NCBI GenBank assembly: GCA_050613775.1
Contig: JBODTK010000011.1
Location: forward strand, 1,240,001 to 1,304,000
Direction of reading: 5' to 3'
Source of the DNA: Neocallimastix sp. 'constans'
Taxonomy: Eukaryota
DNA length: 64,000 bases
Numbering within the stretch: the stretch's first letter is position 1; the number at the start of each line of letters is the position of its first letter. The position numbers and the translations under genes were made by a program. The notes below the pieces were generated by a model. That model did no database searches. It saw only the letters and a program-made list of their open reading frames with translations, and was not told the DNA's origin. Of the stretch, positions 62,347 through 64,000 are shown piece after piece.

Positions 62347-64000
62347 GGGGAGTGTGCATTTCGAAAATTTTTATTACAAAAATTTGTATTTTGTTGTATG
62401 GCTTAAATATTTTTAATTTTAAGCCACTTAATTTTATTAAAAATTTAATGAATAATTATTAATTAATTAAATAAATAAAATTACAATTTTCAAAAATTTT
62501 CAAACACGTAATCTTACGTGGGGCGTATATCTAATTGTATCATAATTTTGTGGCTTTTTTCTACAATTTTTAAAAAGCCATATATTCACAATATGGCGTG
62601 AATAATAAATGTGGTGATATTTTATGACGAAAATTTATAAGCCACCAAGAATTTGGCGAAATTTAACTGGACGAAATTCAACTTTTGGCGAAATACAACA
62701 CTTCAATAAATAATAATTAGGTTAGGTATTTCTATTTAACATTGAAAAATAAAATAAAAATAAATAAACATTTTATTTTTTAAGCATCAAAAAATAAAAA
62801 AAAAAAAAAATAAGAAATAAGAAAACTTCTTTTTTAAACATTAAAAAATAAAATAAAAATAAATAAAAATTTATTTTTTAAGCATTAAAAAATAAAAAAA
62901 ATAAAATAAAACAAAAAAATAAAAAATAAAAATAAAAATAAATAAATAAAATAGTAAATAAAGAAATAATAAATAATTAATAATTAAATAATTATTTAAA
63001 TAATTATATAATTAATTAAAAAAAGGTTTATTATTTTAAATATTAAAAAAAAAAAAAAGTTTCAAAGCATTTATTAAAATATTTTATTGAAAAATTTTAA
63101 TTATTAATGGAAGACAATATAGAAATTGAAATAAGTGAAACAAATCGAGGAAATGAACAAATTATTATTAATAAAAAACACAAATTTAATTTTTCATTTC
63201 AAAGGAAAGATAAATCAAAAATTTATAGATGCACTGAATATAAGACTTTAAATAAATGTAAATCTTTAATTATTTTAAATGATAAAAAGGAGGTTTTAAA
63301 ATATGAAAGTTTACATAACCATCTCGAAAAAGAAATTGATGTGTCTATATCAGTAGCAAAGCATAAAATTAAGGAAGAAATTAAGAAAAATTCAATTCCT
63401 ATGGATATAAAACCTAAACATATATTTAATGCCGTTTCTCAAGAAATGGGACTTATATGTCCCGAATATAGTACAATTAGATCCCAAATAATAAGAAATA
63501 TAAATAAACAATTTCCTCCAAACATAAAAGGTTTTGATGATATTCCCATTGAATCAGAATATTATAAAACTAAAAGAAATGAAAATTTTATGATATTTAA
63601 AAATACTGATCTAATAATCTTTCAATCACCATTCCAAGCATATTTATTTTCGAATTATCATAAAAATATATTTGCAGACGGTACATTTTATGCAGCACCG
63701 AAATTTAGTTATCAGTTATTTATAACAAGAACTTATGTTGGGGAATTTAATATGCTTTACAGTACTTCCATTTCTATATTAAAAAATAAAAAACAATCTA
63801 CATATGAAACATTATTTAAAGAAATAAAAAAAAATGCAAATAAATTTAGGAGTAATACATTAATTACTACAATTAATTTTCATTGTGATTTTGAACAAGG
63901 TATATCTAATGCCGCAAAAAAAGTTTTTCCCAATATAAATATTAAATATTGTGTTTGGCATTACAAAAGATCATTAGAAAAACAAAAAAATATATTATGT
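62347..64000 (+). mobile_element. MULE DNA transposon running off the window end
   Basis: TIR-like GGGGAGTGTGCATTTCG followed by a transposase ORF; left boundary uncertain. Confidence 0.75.
63107..64000 (+). CDS. MULE transposase (FLYWCH-like plus DDE), partial, not in the ORF track
   Basis: Open frame MEDNIEIEISETNRG...YRCTEYKTLNKC...HNH...FADGTFY...CDFE...YCVWHYKRSLE to the window end; homologous to 32520-33886. Confidence 0.92.
   Translation, partial: MEDNIEIEISETNRGNEQIIINKKHKFNFSFQRKDKSKIYRCTEYKTLNKCKSLIILNDKKEVLKYESLHNHLEKEIDVSISVAKHKIKEEIKKNSIPMDIKPKHIFNAVSQEMGLICPEYSTIRSQIIRNINKQFPPNIKGFDDIPIESEYYKTKRNENFMIFKNTDLIIFQSPFQAYLFSNYHKNIFADGTFYAAPKFSYQLFITRTYVGEFNMLYSTSISILKNKKQSTYETLFKEIKKNANKFRSNTLITTINFHCDFEQGISNAAKKVFPNINIKYCVWHYKRSLEKQKNILC

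Overview
Extremely AT-rich eukaryotic DNA, most consistent with an anaerobic gut fungus (Neocallimastigomycota; inferred from composition and the host gene type). About 48 kb of the window is nested transposable elements. These are a full-length Ty3/Gypsy element (5231-13084), an internally deleted Gypsy (14770-16841), several solo LTRs, a Ty1/Copia element (17585-29206) with a second Copia in the opposite orientation inside its 3' LTR (22659-29018), Mutator/FLYWCH (Phantom-like) DNA transposons and a MITE, and three APE-RT LINE copies (one inserted into another). Host features are one tRNA-Ser(GCT) gene and one secreted, probably GPI-anchored Cys-rich protein gene, followed by tandem repeats. 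The most notable signals are non-coding. (1) A covarying RNA module occurs in four diverged copies of one Gypsy LTR family: an ENE-like U-rich internal loop plus a pseudoknot with a predicted U.A-U/C.G-C triple helix. (2) A long ENE-like element sits just before the PPT of the inner Copia. (3) Both Copia elements have PBSs matching the anticodon arm of tRNA-Lys(CUU) (half-tRNA priming) and non-canonical TG...TA ends. (4) LTR elements repeatedly lie within a few bp of other LTR termini. All calls are by eye; no searches were run.
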